From IMG/VR virus record IMGVR_UViG_3300023198_001068: DNA of 64,000 nt, one strand, 5' to 3'. Below the pieces are notes generated by a model. That model saw nothing but the letters and a program-made list of their open reading frames with translations. It ran no database searches and was not told the DNA's origin. Within the stretch, counting starts at the first letter, position 1, and every line of letters begins with the position of its first letter. Position numbers and translations under genes: made by a program. The DNA is from a virus. Shown in pieces: positions 8,982-18,089 of the stretch.

Positions 8982-10028
8982 TCAGTCTCCTGGTTCGGGG
9001 GTTTCAAGGAAATCCAGTAGAGTCTTTCGGGCTTGGATGGCCCCCATGAAGCGGCGGGTGGTCTCCTGCTTCTGCTTTTCCGACAGTCCTGCCGGTTGCA
9101 GATCAGGATGGGTCTTCCGGCAGAGGCCCTTTTGTGCCTCCCGTACCTGGTCGGCCGTGAGGCGCGTGGAGAAGACGAGCCCCAGGACTTGGCACGCGCT
9201 CTCACAGGTCAGGTGGTTGGAGACTTCGATCCGGGCGAGCCTAGCCATCCGCCTTCGGATCAATCGGAGCCGGGCGGACAGGTCGTTCCTGATCTGCGTG
9301 TCCAACGCAGCCAGGTCGTTCCGAAGTTCGTTCAGGGGCTCTTGGAACTCCCCGGGCGTCAAGTACGCCTCGTCAGGATCGATCTGATGCAGATCGATCC
9401 TGAGTTGTTCGATCAACGGCTCGACGATCTCATCCAGCATAGTACGGACGCCGTACTTCGACGCTGACTTACCCTTCTTCGGGCGCTTGTGGGGAGTGTG
9501 CCCGCTGCTCCGGCGTAGTTCGTCAGCGAGCTTGCGGAAGTTGTCTTTGGGGTAGCCTCGCTCTCGGAGATCCTGGAGCAACGTCTTGAGGTGCTTGGAG
9601 ATCCCCTTGGCGCTCTTGTCCCCGGCCTGCGTGGCCAGGGCCTTGGCGTAGTAGTGCATGTTCCGGTACTCGGTGTACCCAAACTGGCCCCGGGTCCTGT
9701 CCATGAACCGCCACAGGGCGTCGATCTTCTGTCCGGATTCCTCGGCGCTCAACAACTCGGTTCGGACTCGAAAGCTGTACGTGCCGTAGCGCTTCTCCCC
9801 GGGCCGTTCTTCCGTCACCCCATTCAGGATGTTGGCGATCCTCAGGCTGTACTCGTGCTTGTTTTGGGCCGTCGTCATGTCTTGAAGGCGAACCCTTTGG
9901 GCAGCATCCTTGTCGATCTTCTTCTCCAGGAGGGTTAGATCCCGCTCCTTCATCTGGGCGGCTTCTTCCCGGTACTTCTGAACGAGCTTGGCCGTTTTTC
10001 GGTATTGTTCTAGGGGAATACGAGGCAT
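8982..10028 (-). CDS. Protein with C-terminal J-domain (DnaJ-like)
   Basis: ACQVLGL...VREAQKGLCRKTHPD...RRFMGAIQARKTL has J-domain spacing with HPD. Confidence 0.7.
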   Translation of the reverse strand: MPRIPLEQYRKTAKLVQKYREEAAQMKERDLTLLEKKIDKDAAQRVRLQDMTTAQNKHEYSLRIANILNGVTEERPGEKRYGTYSFRVRTELLSAEESGQKIDALWRFMDRTRGQFGYTEYRNMHYYAKALATQAGDKSAKGISKHLKTLLQDLRERGYPKDNFRKLADELRRSSGHTPHKRPKKGKSASKYGVRTMLDEIVEPLIEQLRIDLHQIDPDEAYLTPGEFQEPLNELRNDLAALDTQIRNDLSARLRLIRRRMARLARIEVSNHLTCESACQVLGLVFSTRLTADQVREAQKGLCRKTHPDLQPAGLSEKQKQETTRRFMGAIQARKTLLDFLETPEPGD

Positions 10029-10034
10029 GGTTGC

Positions 10035-10667
10035 TTAGTCGTCGAAGGGGTTTTCGCTGGGTGACTTGTCGGCGATCTTCAGGGCCGGGGGCCCTCCGAG
10101 GGCCTCCAACAGATCGCGGATACTGGAGGTGTTTTGCTGGACAGCTTGGAGGGTCTGCTCCAGGAGTGACTGGATCTGTCCCAGCCGGTCTTGGAAGCCC
10201 CCTTCCCCTACGACTTCCCGACACTGCTCCAGTTCTTCGGGCGTGGGGGCGAGCAACACGCGAATCAGTTGCAGGTTTTGGGCAGGATCTAGGCTCCCCT
10301 CCCCATACCCGTCAGACACCGGCTCCGGGTATCCCTCGGGCTCGCCTATCTGGTGGCCCTCAGGGAGCGTGCCTTTGGTGGCCAACTCGAACAGGGCGTC
10401 CTCGTCCTGCGACAGAGCGCCGAGGCCAGCTACGCAGACTTCGTAGTTTTGATTGGGGATGAGGTAGAAGTGGCCCCCGGACCGGTGGACGAAGCCTTTT
10501 TCCAGCAGTTTCCTCAAGCACCCTGTCTGCCAGCGGGTGGACTCCCGCTCGGGCACCGTCCTGAAGATCATGCTCCGGGGGGTGGGGAGGGTCTCTCGCT
10601 CTGGGAGACAGAGTACGCCAATCGCCTCTTTTATGGCCTCAACACGCTGTTTTGGGGAGAAAGGCAT
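10035..10667 (-). CDS. Hypothetical protein (possible N-terminal winged helix)
   Basis: LRKLLEKGFVHRSGGHFYL; GGAG RBS; GGTGTAGGGT motif at 10682-10691. Confidence 0.6.
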   Translation of the reverse strand: MPFSPKQRVEAIKEAIGVLCLPERETLPTPRSMIFRTVPERESTRWQTGCLRKLLEKGFVHRSGGHFYLIPNQNYEVCVAGLGALSQDEDALFELATKGTLPEGHQIGEPEGYPEPVSDGYGEGSLDPAQNLQLIRVLLAPTPEELEQCREVVGEGGFQDRLGQIQSLLEQTLQAVQQNTSSIRDLLEALGGPPALKIADKSPSENPFDD

Positions 10668-10735
10668 CAGTGTCTCTCCCTACCCTACACCGAGAGAGAC
10701 GGAGAGACGCTATTTTTTTCTGCCCTGCATCGTGT

Positions 10736-11116
10736 TTAGGTGGCCGTCCAGTTGCTAGCCCCGGTGCCGGAGGCGGTGCTGAAGGTGACGAAGTTGGACG
10801 CGGTGTTGGACGCGGTGAGGGTGAAGCGGATGGTGTTGCTGTCGTCACGGAGAATCTTGCCGGGCTTGTCGGCTTCCAGTTCCAGGAGCCGCTCGTGCCA
10901 GGTGGGGATGATGGCGAACTCAACGCGACATTGGGAGCAGTAGGCCGTGTCCGCTTTGGTGCCGCCGTTGCAGATGTTCTTGGTGGTGGGTTTCTTGCAG
11001 CGAGGGCACTTGAACGACTCAGCTTGAGGCCGGGGCTTCTCGTCGCAGTAGTCCATCCAGTCGATGTGGGCGCAATGCCGGAGGGGGTGTTCGGGCTTCA
11101 CTGCCGGTTTAGGCAT
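10736..11116 (-). CDS. Zn-ribbon protein
   Basis: CPRC...CSQC. Confidence 0.55.
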   Translation of the reverse strand: MPKPAVKPEHPLRHCAHIDWMDYCDEKPRPQAESFKCPRCKKPTTKNICNGGTKADTAYCSQCRVEFAIIPTWHERLLELEADKPGKILRDDSNTIRFTLTASNTASNFVTFSTASGTGASNWTAT

Positions 11117-11417
11117 GGTGCTCGTCAGGGTAGGAGTCGTCGAGGATGCGAGCCCAGGCGGTCGGGATGAGCCCGATGCGCTCCTTCAGGTGCCGAACGG
11201 CGAACTCCAGGCGCCACCTCCAGCCGGGCCGCTTGTGGTTGTTGATGGTGGTGGCCGCTTCCTCTAGCTCCGCGATGGTCAACTTCCACAGAGCTTCCCG
11301 GTAGTTGTCGTACTTGATGGTCAGCTTGACGGTGATGTTGGCCGCTCTCAGTTCTTCCTCGGTGACGTGAGGGACGTGTTTGGCCTCGGGAAGACCGCAT
11401 GTGGCGCAACAAGCCAT
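11109..11417 (-). CDS. Hypothetical protein with TAW tag
   Basis: PTAWARILDD near C-terminus; leaderless-type motif 5 nt upstream. Confidence 0.7.
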   Translation of the reverse strand: MACCATCGLPEAKHVPHVTEEELRAANITVKLTIKYDNYREALWKLTIAELEEAATTINNHKRPGWRWRLEFAVRHLKERIGLIPTAWARILDDSYPDEHHA

Positions 11418-11457
11418 CCCTTACCATACACCAGCGAGCCGGTGTACGGTTAGGCCG

Positions 11458-11940
11458 GTGGACCCCTCTCTCCCTCTTTGCCCCTGCTGCGTCCAGCGGC
11501 CCGCGACCAACTCGCTCCCGTGGCTGGAGAACTCCTGGGACTCCCAGTACGTCGAGAAGGTCCTGATCTGCGCCGAGTGCGCGACCGCCGAAATGCAACA
11601 GGTGGTAGGCATCCTCGTCCTGCGGAAGCTGATGACGGCCCTCCACACGGCCGAGGCCATGCGGGGGGACAACTTCTCGGTGCGTTTCGTGGGGGAAGGC
11701 GGCTTGCTCGCGACGATTCCCCTGACGATCTCGGGAATCCTTCCCGAGCAGGACAACCCGAAGTACGATACCTTCCTCGTGCGCTACATCAAAGACGGCC
11801 TGGAGGTGACGGTGGGCAACGAGGTCCACCCCAAGTGCCACCAGATTGGCACGGCCGTCCACAACATCACCCGCTTCGCCAAACCGTTCCCCACGGCCTG
11901 GGACAAGATTCTGACCGAGGAAATCGGAGGTACAAGATGA
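11458..11940 (+). CDS. CxxC protein with TAW tag
   Basis: CPCC/CAEC; PTAWDKILTEE; GTG start after GGTGTACGGT at 11441. Confidence 0.65.
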   Translation: MDPSLPLCPCCVQRPATNSLPWLENSWDSQYVEKVLICAECATAEMQQVVGILVLRKLMTALHTAEAMRGDNFSVRFVGEGGLLATIPLTISGILPEQDNPKYDTFLVRYIKDGLEVTVGNEVHPKCHQIGTAVHNITRFAKPFPTAWDKILTEEIGGTR

Positions 11941-12638
11941 ACGTCGGCAACAGCATCCCCACCGTCGAGATGGATCCCGATGTCGCTCGGGTCCACTATC
12001 TGAAGTACAAGAAGCAGGTCGTCGCCCACCGCAGCGCCCGCAAGGCCAAGCTCGATGAGCAAGGCAAGGAAGCCGGCCGTAAGCTCGGCCGCGTTCGCAT
12101 CGCCAAGACCAACCTCGAACTGGAGGATGAGGAACTGGCTAAGGCGTACCGGGCGCTCTCGCTCGGGCAGCGGCTCATCAACCTCCCGAAGGTCATGCAC
12201 GAGGTCGGCACCAACAACCGGCATCTGCCCATTCTCGCCATCGCCAAGGCGGACGCCGAGTTCTGCTACTTCAGTGCGGGGCAGGGCGAGAAGCGAACGT
12301 GGTTCAGCAGCAGTCGGTGGGACCAGTACAAACACAACACCCTCTGGGTGCCGCACCGCACGTTCAAGGCCGAGACCTGGAACAACGACTGGCGCCGGAA
12401 CAACAACTACAACAGCTACCCGGTCGAGGCCGTGGTGCCGGCCATCCCGCCCCACCTGCGTCCCGACGACCTGAGCAAGTTCTACATCATGTGGGAAGCC
12501 GAGTGGAGCAAGACCGCTCCCGAGGATCCCATCCTGCTCTCACGGGTCAGCGAGACCATGTTCGCCGTGGTGGCTCAATGGGACCTGACGCCCATCGAGC
12601 AGCAGATCCTTGAGGGCCGGTTCGGCACGCCTCACTGA
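11937..12638 (+). CDS. Conserved phage hypothetical protein
   Basis: ATGA overlap at 11937; C-terminal PAIPPHLRP...WEAEW...DPILL...AQWDLT pattern. Confidence 0.7.
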   Translation: MNVGNSIPTVEMDPDVARVHYLKYKKQVVAHRSARKAKLDEQGKEAGRKLGRVRIAKTNLELEDEELAKAYRALSLGQRLINLPKVMHEVGTNNRHLPILAIAKADAEFCYFSAGQGEKRTWFSSSRWDQYKHNTLWVPHRTFKAETWNNDWRRNNNYNSYPVEAVVPAIPPHLRPDDLSKFYIMWEAEWSKTAPEDPILLSRVSETMFAVVAQWDLTPIEQQILEGRFGTPH

Positions 12639-13522
12639 GCTAACACGAGGGCTACCTCGCCCACGGCTTCCAGTAGGTCGGCCAGCTTCATGCGCCGGTT
12701 GCGGGGGCTGCCGGCGATGCCTGGATGCCCCCCGGCCTCGTCGCCCCAGAGCTTTTGGACAATCTCGCGGGCGTTGGTGCCCTTGGGCTCGTCGGCGAAC
12801 GAGACGGTGATGGAGCCGTCCTGGGGGTTGAGGGCGACTACCGTGTCGCCGATGGTGCCGTCAGGCATGACGTAGAGGTGGTTCACGAAGGTCGGAGCGA
12901 CCCGGACCACGACGCCGCCCAGGTTCTCGATGAAGCTCCCCTCGTTGAGCTTCTGCTCGGCCGCACGGTGCTCGTCGCCGTCCTTCAGAGGGTCGGCCCC
13001 CCTTGGCCTGTAGTCGGCCTCCAGGATGTGCATGAGAGTCCCCATCGACTGATAGATGAACTCCGTCACGTCCGTCACGGAGCCGTCCCTGGGGGCGTAC
13101 TGGGGGCGCGTCTCGGACCAGGCCCACCACGCCCAGAGGCGCCGGATGTTCTCGTCGCTCGCCCCGGACTGGCTGAGCTTGTGAGCCCCGTTCAGGTCCA
13201 CGAACTCGGCCAACTTCCAGAAGCCGGGGCACTCGGGCTTCCGCCCTATCAGAGCCAGACAGCCGGCCACCGAGTCGAGGTCAACGTGGCTCAGGCCCAC
13301 CGTGTCGAGGTCGTGGGGCACATCCTCGTTGAGGTAGGAGCATGGGGCTTGATAGCCCGCACGCGGCCCGTGGTGGGCCATCGTCAGGACGGAGCCCTCT
13401 ACCACCCGGTCGCCGTACTCGGCCTCCACGGTGGCACTACGGCCCTTCAGGGCGGCAGCCAGGTTGTCGGGGTCCGAGCAGAGCAGGAAGGGGATGAGAG
13501 GGGTCTCAGTTCTCGTTGCCAT
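12632..13522 (-). CDS. Possible DHH-superfamily phosphoesterase-like protein
   Basis: AHHG, SHVDLDS and C-terminal GGHPGIAGS (DHHA1-like) motifs. Confidence 0.45.
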   Translation of the reverse strand: MATRTETPLIPFLLCSDPDNLAAALKGRSATVEAEYGDRVVEGSVLTMAHHGPRAGYQAPCSYLNEDVPHDLDTVGLSHVDLDSVAGCLALIGRKPECPGFWKLAEFVDLNGAHKLSQSGASDENIRRLWAWWAWSETRPQYAPRDGSVTDVTEFIYQSMGTLMHILEADYRPRGADPLKDGDEHRAAEQKLNEGSFIENLGGVVVRVAPTFVNHLYVMPDGTIGDTVVALNPQDGSITVSFADEPKGTNAREIVQKLWGDEAGGHPGIAGSPRNRRMKLADLLEAVGEVALVLAQ

Positions 13523-13538
13523 GCTGAGGGGACGACGC

Positions 13539-13763
13539 TCACCCCTCGGGTCTGACACTTGATCGTGGTCTTTTCACCCGGATGACCTCGACCTCCTTGG
13601 TCCGGCGGTCTTCTCGCCGCTTGTCCTGGTCGGCCAGGTACTTCTGGACCATCGGCCAGGAGTCCAACCCACAATCGCCGCAGGTGGTGTGGAGGTAGGC
13701 CCCGTACTTGCGGTGAACCGTCACGTTTCCGCTGCCGCAGCAGGAGCAGTTGAGTAGACCCAT
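13539..13763 (-). CDS. Small Zn-ribbon protein
   Basis: CSCC...CGDC; motif GGTGTAGAGT 6 nt upstream. Confidence 0.65.
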   Translation of the reverse strand: MGLLNCSCCGSGNVTVHRKYGAYLHTTCGDCGLDSWPMVQKYLADQDKRREDRRTKEVEVIRVKRPRSSVRPEG

Positions 13764-13767
13764 GGGT

Positions 13768-14433
13768 CTACTCTACACCATCTGGAGGCCAGACGCGCTG
13801 GCCGTGCCGGACCACGTAGTTGAACCCGATGTGGGGGTTGTTGATCGTCGGATGGGGGTTGCTGAGGGTGGGAGCAGGCAGCTTCTCCCGCCATTGCTGG
13901 AAGAACGGCTCCAGCAGCTTAGTGTCGATCTGCCAGACCTCCCGGAGGTGGTGCCCGAAGTAGAGGGCGATGATCCAGCCGTCGGTCTCCTGGTAGCGGG
14001 TGATGTTGGCGGCGCTCAGGCTGTGCCCGGTAGTGATGGAGGGGGTGCCCTTCTTGACCTCCCCGCTCATCGTTTTCAGGTTGATGGTTTTGACCTCGAA
14101 CCGGCGCCCGAGGGCGTCCTGGGCGTCGTTGCCTCCCTTGCCGGGGATGCTTTGCAGGTCGAGCAGGTCGAGCAGGAAAAAGGTCTTGAGACCCCCGTCG
14201 TCGAGGATGTTGAAGATGCCTCGTTGGTTGGCCCGATGCTCGATGTCATCGAGGTACTGGAGGGTGTCCTGGGGCACCGCGTTGGTCGGTGCTAGAGGAT
14301 GTTTTTCAAGAGGAAGGTTCTCTCGCTCCTGGATCTCAAAAGGCAGCACATCGGCGGTCTCAGGTAAGGACAGCGGTTCTTGGGGTTCAACCACGTCGAA
14401 CGGGAAGATGTCCTCGGTCTCGAAATCAACCAT
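13768..14433 (-). CDS. PvuII-family restriction endonuclease homolog
   Basis: IPGKGGNDAQDALGRRFEVKTINL...HSLSAANITRY...INNPHIGFNYVVRHG aligns by eye with R.PvuII ([23 protein letters not shown]...INNPKIPVKYVMEHG). Confidence 0.8.
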   Translation of the reverse strand: MVDFETEDIFPFDVVEPQEPLSLPETADVLPFEIQERENLPLEKHPLAPTNAVPQDTLQYLDDIEHRANQRGIFNILDDGGLKTFFLLDLLDLQSIPGKGGNDAQDALGRRFEVKTINLKTMSGEVKKGTPSITTGHSLSAANITRYQETDGWIIALYFGHHLREVWQIDTKLLEPFFQQWREKLPAPTLSNPHPTINNPHIGFNYVVRHGQRVWPPDGVE

Positions 14434-14442
14434 CGACGCCAC

Positions 14443-14760
14443 CTACACCGATTCGCGGATGTGGTCCCACGCCGTCGGCATCGGACCCTCCTGATGTCGG
14501 TGACGCCAGTAGTCCTCCAAGAGTTGACCGCTCAACTCGTCGGCCTCGCTGGTCCCGTACCGGTGTTGGAGACGAGTCTTGAGTTCGGACCCGTGCCAGA
14601 GCCCCCACTCGTTGCGCAGGTGACGCCCGAGGTTGTGGTGGAAGCCGATCATGGCCTTGGGCGTGTCGGCCTCATCGACGAACGCCTTGTCCTCGTCCCC
14701 GAGCAGGTCATCGAGAGCGTGGAGCGCTTCCTCCAGCGTGTTGGGGATCGTGTCGGTCAT
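14443..14760 (-). CDS. DUF6794-like protein with TAW tag
   Basis: FHHNLGRHLRNEWGLWHGS...DELSGQLLEDYW; ends PTAWDHIRESV. Confidence 0.55.
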   Translation of the reverse strand: MTDTIPNTLEEALHALDDLLGDEDKAFVDEADTPKAMIGFHHNLGRHLRNEWGLWHGSELKTRLQHRYGTSEADELSGQLLEDYWRHRHQEGPMPTAWDHIRESV

Positions 14761-14813
14761 CGCTTCCCGCCCCCGTCGATGTAGACCGAGACCATGAAGG
14801 CAGAGTAGCCCAG

Positions 14814-15332
14814 CTAGCTCATCTTGCCAGCATAGAACTCGGCCATCGCACCTCGGGCGATCACTTCCTCGCAGCGGGTGCTCTGGCAGTTCTTCCGGGC
14901 GTCCCGCCAGGGGTCTTCGCTCTGCACGAGGTTGTTCAGCCAGTGCGTGTTCTCGATGCCGTACCACTTCAGGATGCCGTCGATGGTGGCCACGGCATCA
15001 TCGTCCAGCTTCGTGGGGTCGGCGCCCTCGGGCCACGGGTCCGTCAGCTTGAAACTGCCGTTGTGCAGCCGGTAGATTTCGGGGACGACAGGGCCGCTGG
15101 CCCATGCCTGGATCGGCTCGTCGAACAACGGCCGCTCATCCCACACGAGGCTGCCCGCCTGGCTGTAGAACAGCAGCCGGTGCAGCTTCATGGCCGTCAT
15201 CTGCTGGACACCCGTGAGCTTGGTGTGGCGTTGCAGGATGAAAGCAACCACGTCCAAGATCGTCCAACCCAGTCCCTCAGCGTTTTTGAAAGGGGGTAGC
15301 TTGGGCTTCCCCTTACCCTTGCTCGTCGCCAT
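14814..15332 (-). CDS. Panacea domain (DUF4065/GepA/SocA-like) antitoxin
   Basis: MTAMKLHRLLFYSQ...LFDEPIQAWASGPVVPEIY...EDPWRDAR. Confidence 0.8.
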   Translation of the reverse strand: MATSKGKGKPKLPPFKNAEGLGWTILDVVAFILQRHTKLTGVQQMTAMKLHRLLFYSQAGSLVWDERPLFDEPIQAWASGPVVPEIYRLHNGSFKLTDPWPEGADPTKLDDDAVATIDGILKWYGIENTHWLNNLVQSEDPWRDARKNCQSTRCEEVIARGAMAEFYAGKMS

Positions 15333-15507
15333 GTCGGACCGTACACCGATCTGAACGTAGTCTCAGGGTCGAATCTCGATTTGGGGCAGCCCCTTCGGAG
15401 TTCGCCAACGGTGTCGGGACGTTCCACTCCATGCTTGAAGTCGTGGTCGAGGGGGCGCCCCTGCAACAGGCCCCAGAGGACCTGTAGAAGATGGTGTACG
15501 ATGGGCC

Positions 15508-15873
15508 ATGCCTCGGTTCTACGTGGTGCAGTACAGCCACCGAGCACGCGGCTGGACAGACCTGCCCTCGCTGGCATCGCTTCGGCAACTCGATGTACGA
15601 CGTTCGGCCGAGACGTTCGCGTCCGAGCACCACGTCGTCACTCGCGTCATCCGCAAGCCGAAGGGGTGGACACCACCGTCTCCCGAAGCAGACGCATCCC
15701 CAGAGCCCGTGGGGACGCCCGTACCGGACTCTGAGCCCGAGCCCTGGATCGATGATCCCGATGACGTTCGGGCTGGCCAGTTGTTCCGGAAACAGGAGAA
15801 GCGGCGGGCTCGGCAGCAAGCGGCGTTCGAGCGGATCCCGACAGCGTGGGAACGCATCCTGGATGACGACTAG
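15508..15873 (+). CDS. Hypothetical protein with TAW tag
   Basis: Ends PTAWERILDDD; GGTGTACGAT 5 nt upstream. Confidence 0.75.
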   Translation: MPRFYVVQYSHRARGWTDLPSLASLRQLDVRRSAETFASEHHVVTRVIRKPKGWTPPSPEADASPEPVGTPVPDSEPEPWIDDPDDVRAGQLFRKQEKRRARQQAAFERIPTAWERILDDD

Positions 15874-16364
15874 CGGACCCGGGCGAACTTCAGGATCTTC
15901 TTGACCTGGGCCTTGGGCACGCCATCCTGGACTGCCTGGTCGATGAGCGCCTTGAGGTTCGTTTTGAAGTCGTCAGGCGTCTGCTGGACGGTCGGCTCGT
16001 CCGCTTCGGTGAGCCGGTCCCAGGCGGTCGGGCGAGGCTTGTCCTTCACGAGTTCGACGACCTCTTGGTAGATGGGAAGGCGCCACTTGCTGTTGCAGGG
16101 CTCGGGCATCTTCAGAAGCTCGGCCTCGGGCAACGCTTCGATGGCGTCGCGGTATTGCTTCCGCCGGGCCATCATGTAGGCGTCGAACTCGGGCGAAGGC
16201 AACACGAACTCCTGGTCCCGGGTGAACCCCTCCGGGGTGTGTCCAGGGTCGTGCTCGTGGGGCAGGCAACACCACTGGCAGTAGCCCTTGGGGACCTTGT
16301 GCCGAGTCCGGTTCATGCGGTCACGCATTTGGGAGGACATCGGAGCCCTATCTGGGAACGGCAC
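15870..16364 (-). CDS. Hypothetical protein with internal TAW motif
   Basis: PTAWDRLTEADE about 45 aa from the end; start uncertain. Confidence 0.6.
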   Translation of the reverse strand: MPFPDRAPMSSQMRDRMNRTRHKVPKGYCQWCCLPHEHDPGHTPEGFTRDQEFVLPSPEFDAYMMARRKQYRDAIEALPEAELLKMPEPCNSKWRLPIYQEVVELVKDKPRPTAWDRLTEADEPTVQQTPDDFKTNLKALIDQAVQDGVPKAQVKKILKFARVR

Positions 16365-16440
16365 GGTTTACCTCGCTGTCATTCGTGTCTGGAGGCTTCA
16401 CACTGGGACTATACACCGCTTTGGTGTATAGAGAGGCTCG

Positions 16441-16698
16441 ATGGCCAACGACTTCAAACGGCCCCCGAAGCCGGGGCGGGGGGCTCGCTTTTCGTTTGAC
16501 ATGAGCCCTGGGGAGTTGGCCCAGCTTGAGAGCTTGATGCGGCGCACGGGTTCCAAGAGCAAGGCCGAGACGCTTCGCTACTGTGTCAACTTTTACGACA
16601 GCCTCATGCAGCAACAGGACGCCAACCCCGACTCCAAGCTCAAGTGGGTCAAGCAGGGCCGGGCCAAGCCGGTTAAATTTCCGAAATGGGACGACTGA
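16441..16698 (+). CDS. Ribbon-helix-helix (CopG-like) DNA-binding protein
   Basis: RFSFDMSPGELAQLESLMRRTGSKSKAETLRYCV. Confidence 0.65.
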   Translation: MANDFKRPPKPGRGARFSFDMSPGELAQLESLMRRTGSKSKAETLRYCVNFYDSLMQQQDANPDSKLKWVKQGRAKPVKFPKWDD

Positions 16699-16886
16699 AG
16701 CTCAAGACGATCTGGGAAGGCACCCTGGACGAGACTCGCTTCCGGGTGTTGTTCGACTACGCCGACGATCTCCGGGCTGAGTGGTTTGACCCGAGCACGG
16801 GGAACTGGTCACTCCTGGATGGATCGGACTCGGCGATGCGAAGTAAACTTTACCACCGCGTCCTGCTGGAAAAGATGCGGGGTTAG
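16686..16886 (+). CDS. Small hypothetical protein
   Basis: Coupled to the RHH gene. Confidence 0.5.
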   Translation: MGRLKLKTIWEGTLDETRFRVLFDYADDLRAEWFDPSTGNWSLLDGSDSAMRSKLYHRVLLEKMRG

Positions 16887-17491
16887 CGTTGGCTGTGGGG
16901 GAACAGGTCCTCGTCTAGCACGCGGTCCCAGGCGGTCAGGGGTGAGGCGGCTTTGACCTGCTTGGAAGTGATCTGGCCTTCGATCCAGTCCTTGATGATG
17001 TCGCCCCAGAGATAGGGAAAGTCCCGGTCGGACGTGCCCCACTCCGGATCCTCCGGTTCTTCCACGTAGGCTCGTATGGTCCGGGGACTGGCGACGATCC
17101 CGAAGCTGAGCGCATCCACGTCTTCGCCGTCTTTGTAGCAGAGCAGGAGATGACACCTGTTGAGCTTGGGAAGCGACGCGAGAGCCTTCACCACCCGGTG
17201 TCCGCTATCATGCCGCTGGAGTTCTGGGGAGCGACCCTCCAGCTTGAACTTGGTCAGCGGAGGTCGGTAGAGGCCGTCCCTTCGACGGATCTGGACGGGC
17301 TTCCACTGGATCGGTACCCCAACGGACTTGGCCCACGACAGGTGGATCATCCCTTTGGAGTTGGTCGCCTCGTAGAGGGGGTCACTGTCGAACAGGCGGT
17401 CGAAGCGGAGGCTCTTGAACAGCTTGGCCTGGACCGCTCGCTCGATGAGGTTGGGCTTCCTGTTCCGGCTCACGCGGCGTCCTCGGGGCAT
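16883..17491 (-). CDS. Hypothetical protein with TAW tag
   Basis: LTAWDRVLDEDLF; GGTGTATGGT 5 nt upstream. Confidence 0.75.
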   Translation of the reverse strand: MPRGRRVSRNRKPNLIERAVQAKLFKSLRFDRLFDSDPLYEATNSKGMIHLSWAKSVGVPIQWKPVQIRRRDGLYRPPLTKFKLEGRSPELQRHDSGHRVVKALASLPKLNRCHLLLCYKDGEDVDALSFGIVASPRTIRAYVEEPEDPEWGTSDRDFPYLWGDIIKDWIEGQITSKQVKAASPLTAWDRVLDEDLFPHSQR

Positions 17492-17505
17492 GGCCTACCA
17501 TACAC

Positions 17506-18030
17506 CTAGAGACAGGCGAGCACGACTCTGCGCGACTCCCGGACGAACAGGCCGTGTTCGTCCCCGTGGACGGGAGACACCCCCAGCACCTCGGGGCTCG
17601 GGAGCAGGAAGTAGTAGTTGCTCCGGCGCGGGTCCGTTCCCATGTACTCCATGGCGTAGACTGTGGGAGTCAGGAAAGCCCAGGTCTCAGCCAGCTTCTC
17701 AGCGTCCTCGGGCTTGCAGATGACTTGGGCATTTGGACCCAGGTAATCGGGCTTCTTGCGGAGGTACGAGAGAGCGGCCTCGTGGTGGAGCTTGTTGCCC
17801 ACGTCTTGGACCACCCGCCGGTACATGCGGACGACGGCTCGGTTGAGGGCGTCCTCGTCAGCCCACTTGACCGGCAGGACGTTGATCCGGCCACCGCCCG
17901 TGGCCTGGGTGACCTTCTTGGACCGCAGCATGATGTGGCTGCTGAACGGATTGCACTCGTAGTAGTTGGGCGGCTCTCCGTTCTGGTCGAGAACCAAGGT
18001 CTGGATCAGGGTGTTGGCGAACCGGGACAT
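17506..18030 (-). CDS. Hypothetical protein
   Basis: Long ORF with coding-like composition. Confidence 0.6.
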   Translation of the reverse strand: MSRFANTLIQTLVLDQNGEPPNYYECNPFSSHIMLRSKKVTQATGGGRINVLPVKWADEDALNRAVVRMYRRVVQDVGNKLHHEAALSYLRKKPDYLGPNAQVICKPEDAEKLAETWAFLTPTVYAMEYMGTDPRRSNYYFLLPSPEVLGVSPVHGDEHGLFVRESRRVVLACL

Positions 18031-18089
18031 GGTGGGGAAATCTCTTGTGCCCCTGGGTTAAGTGAACAGCAGATTACCATGCGGGTGAA

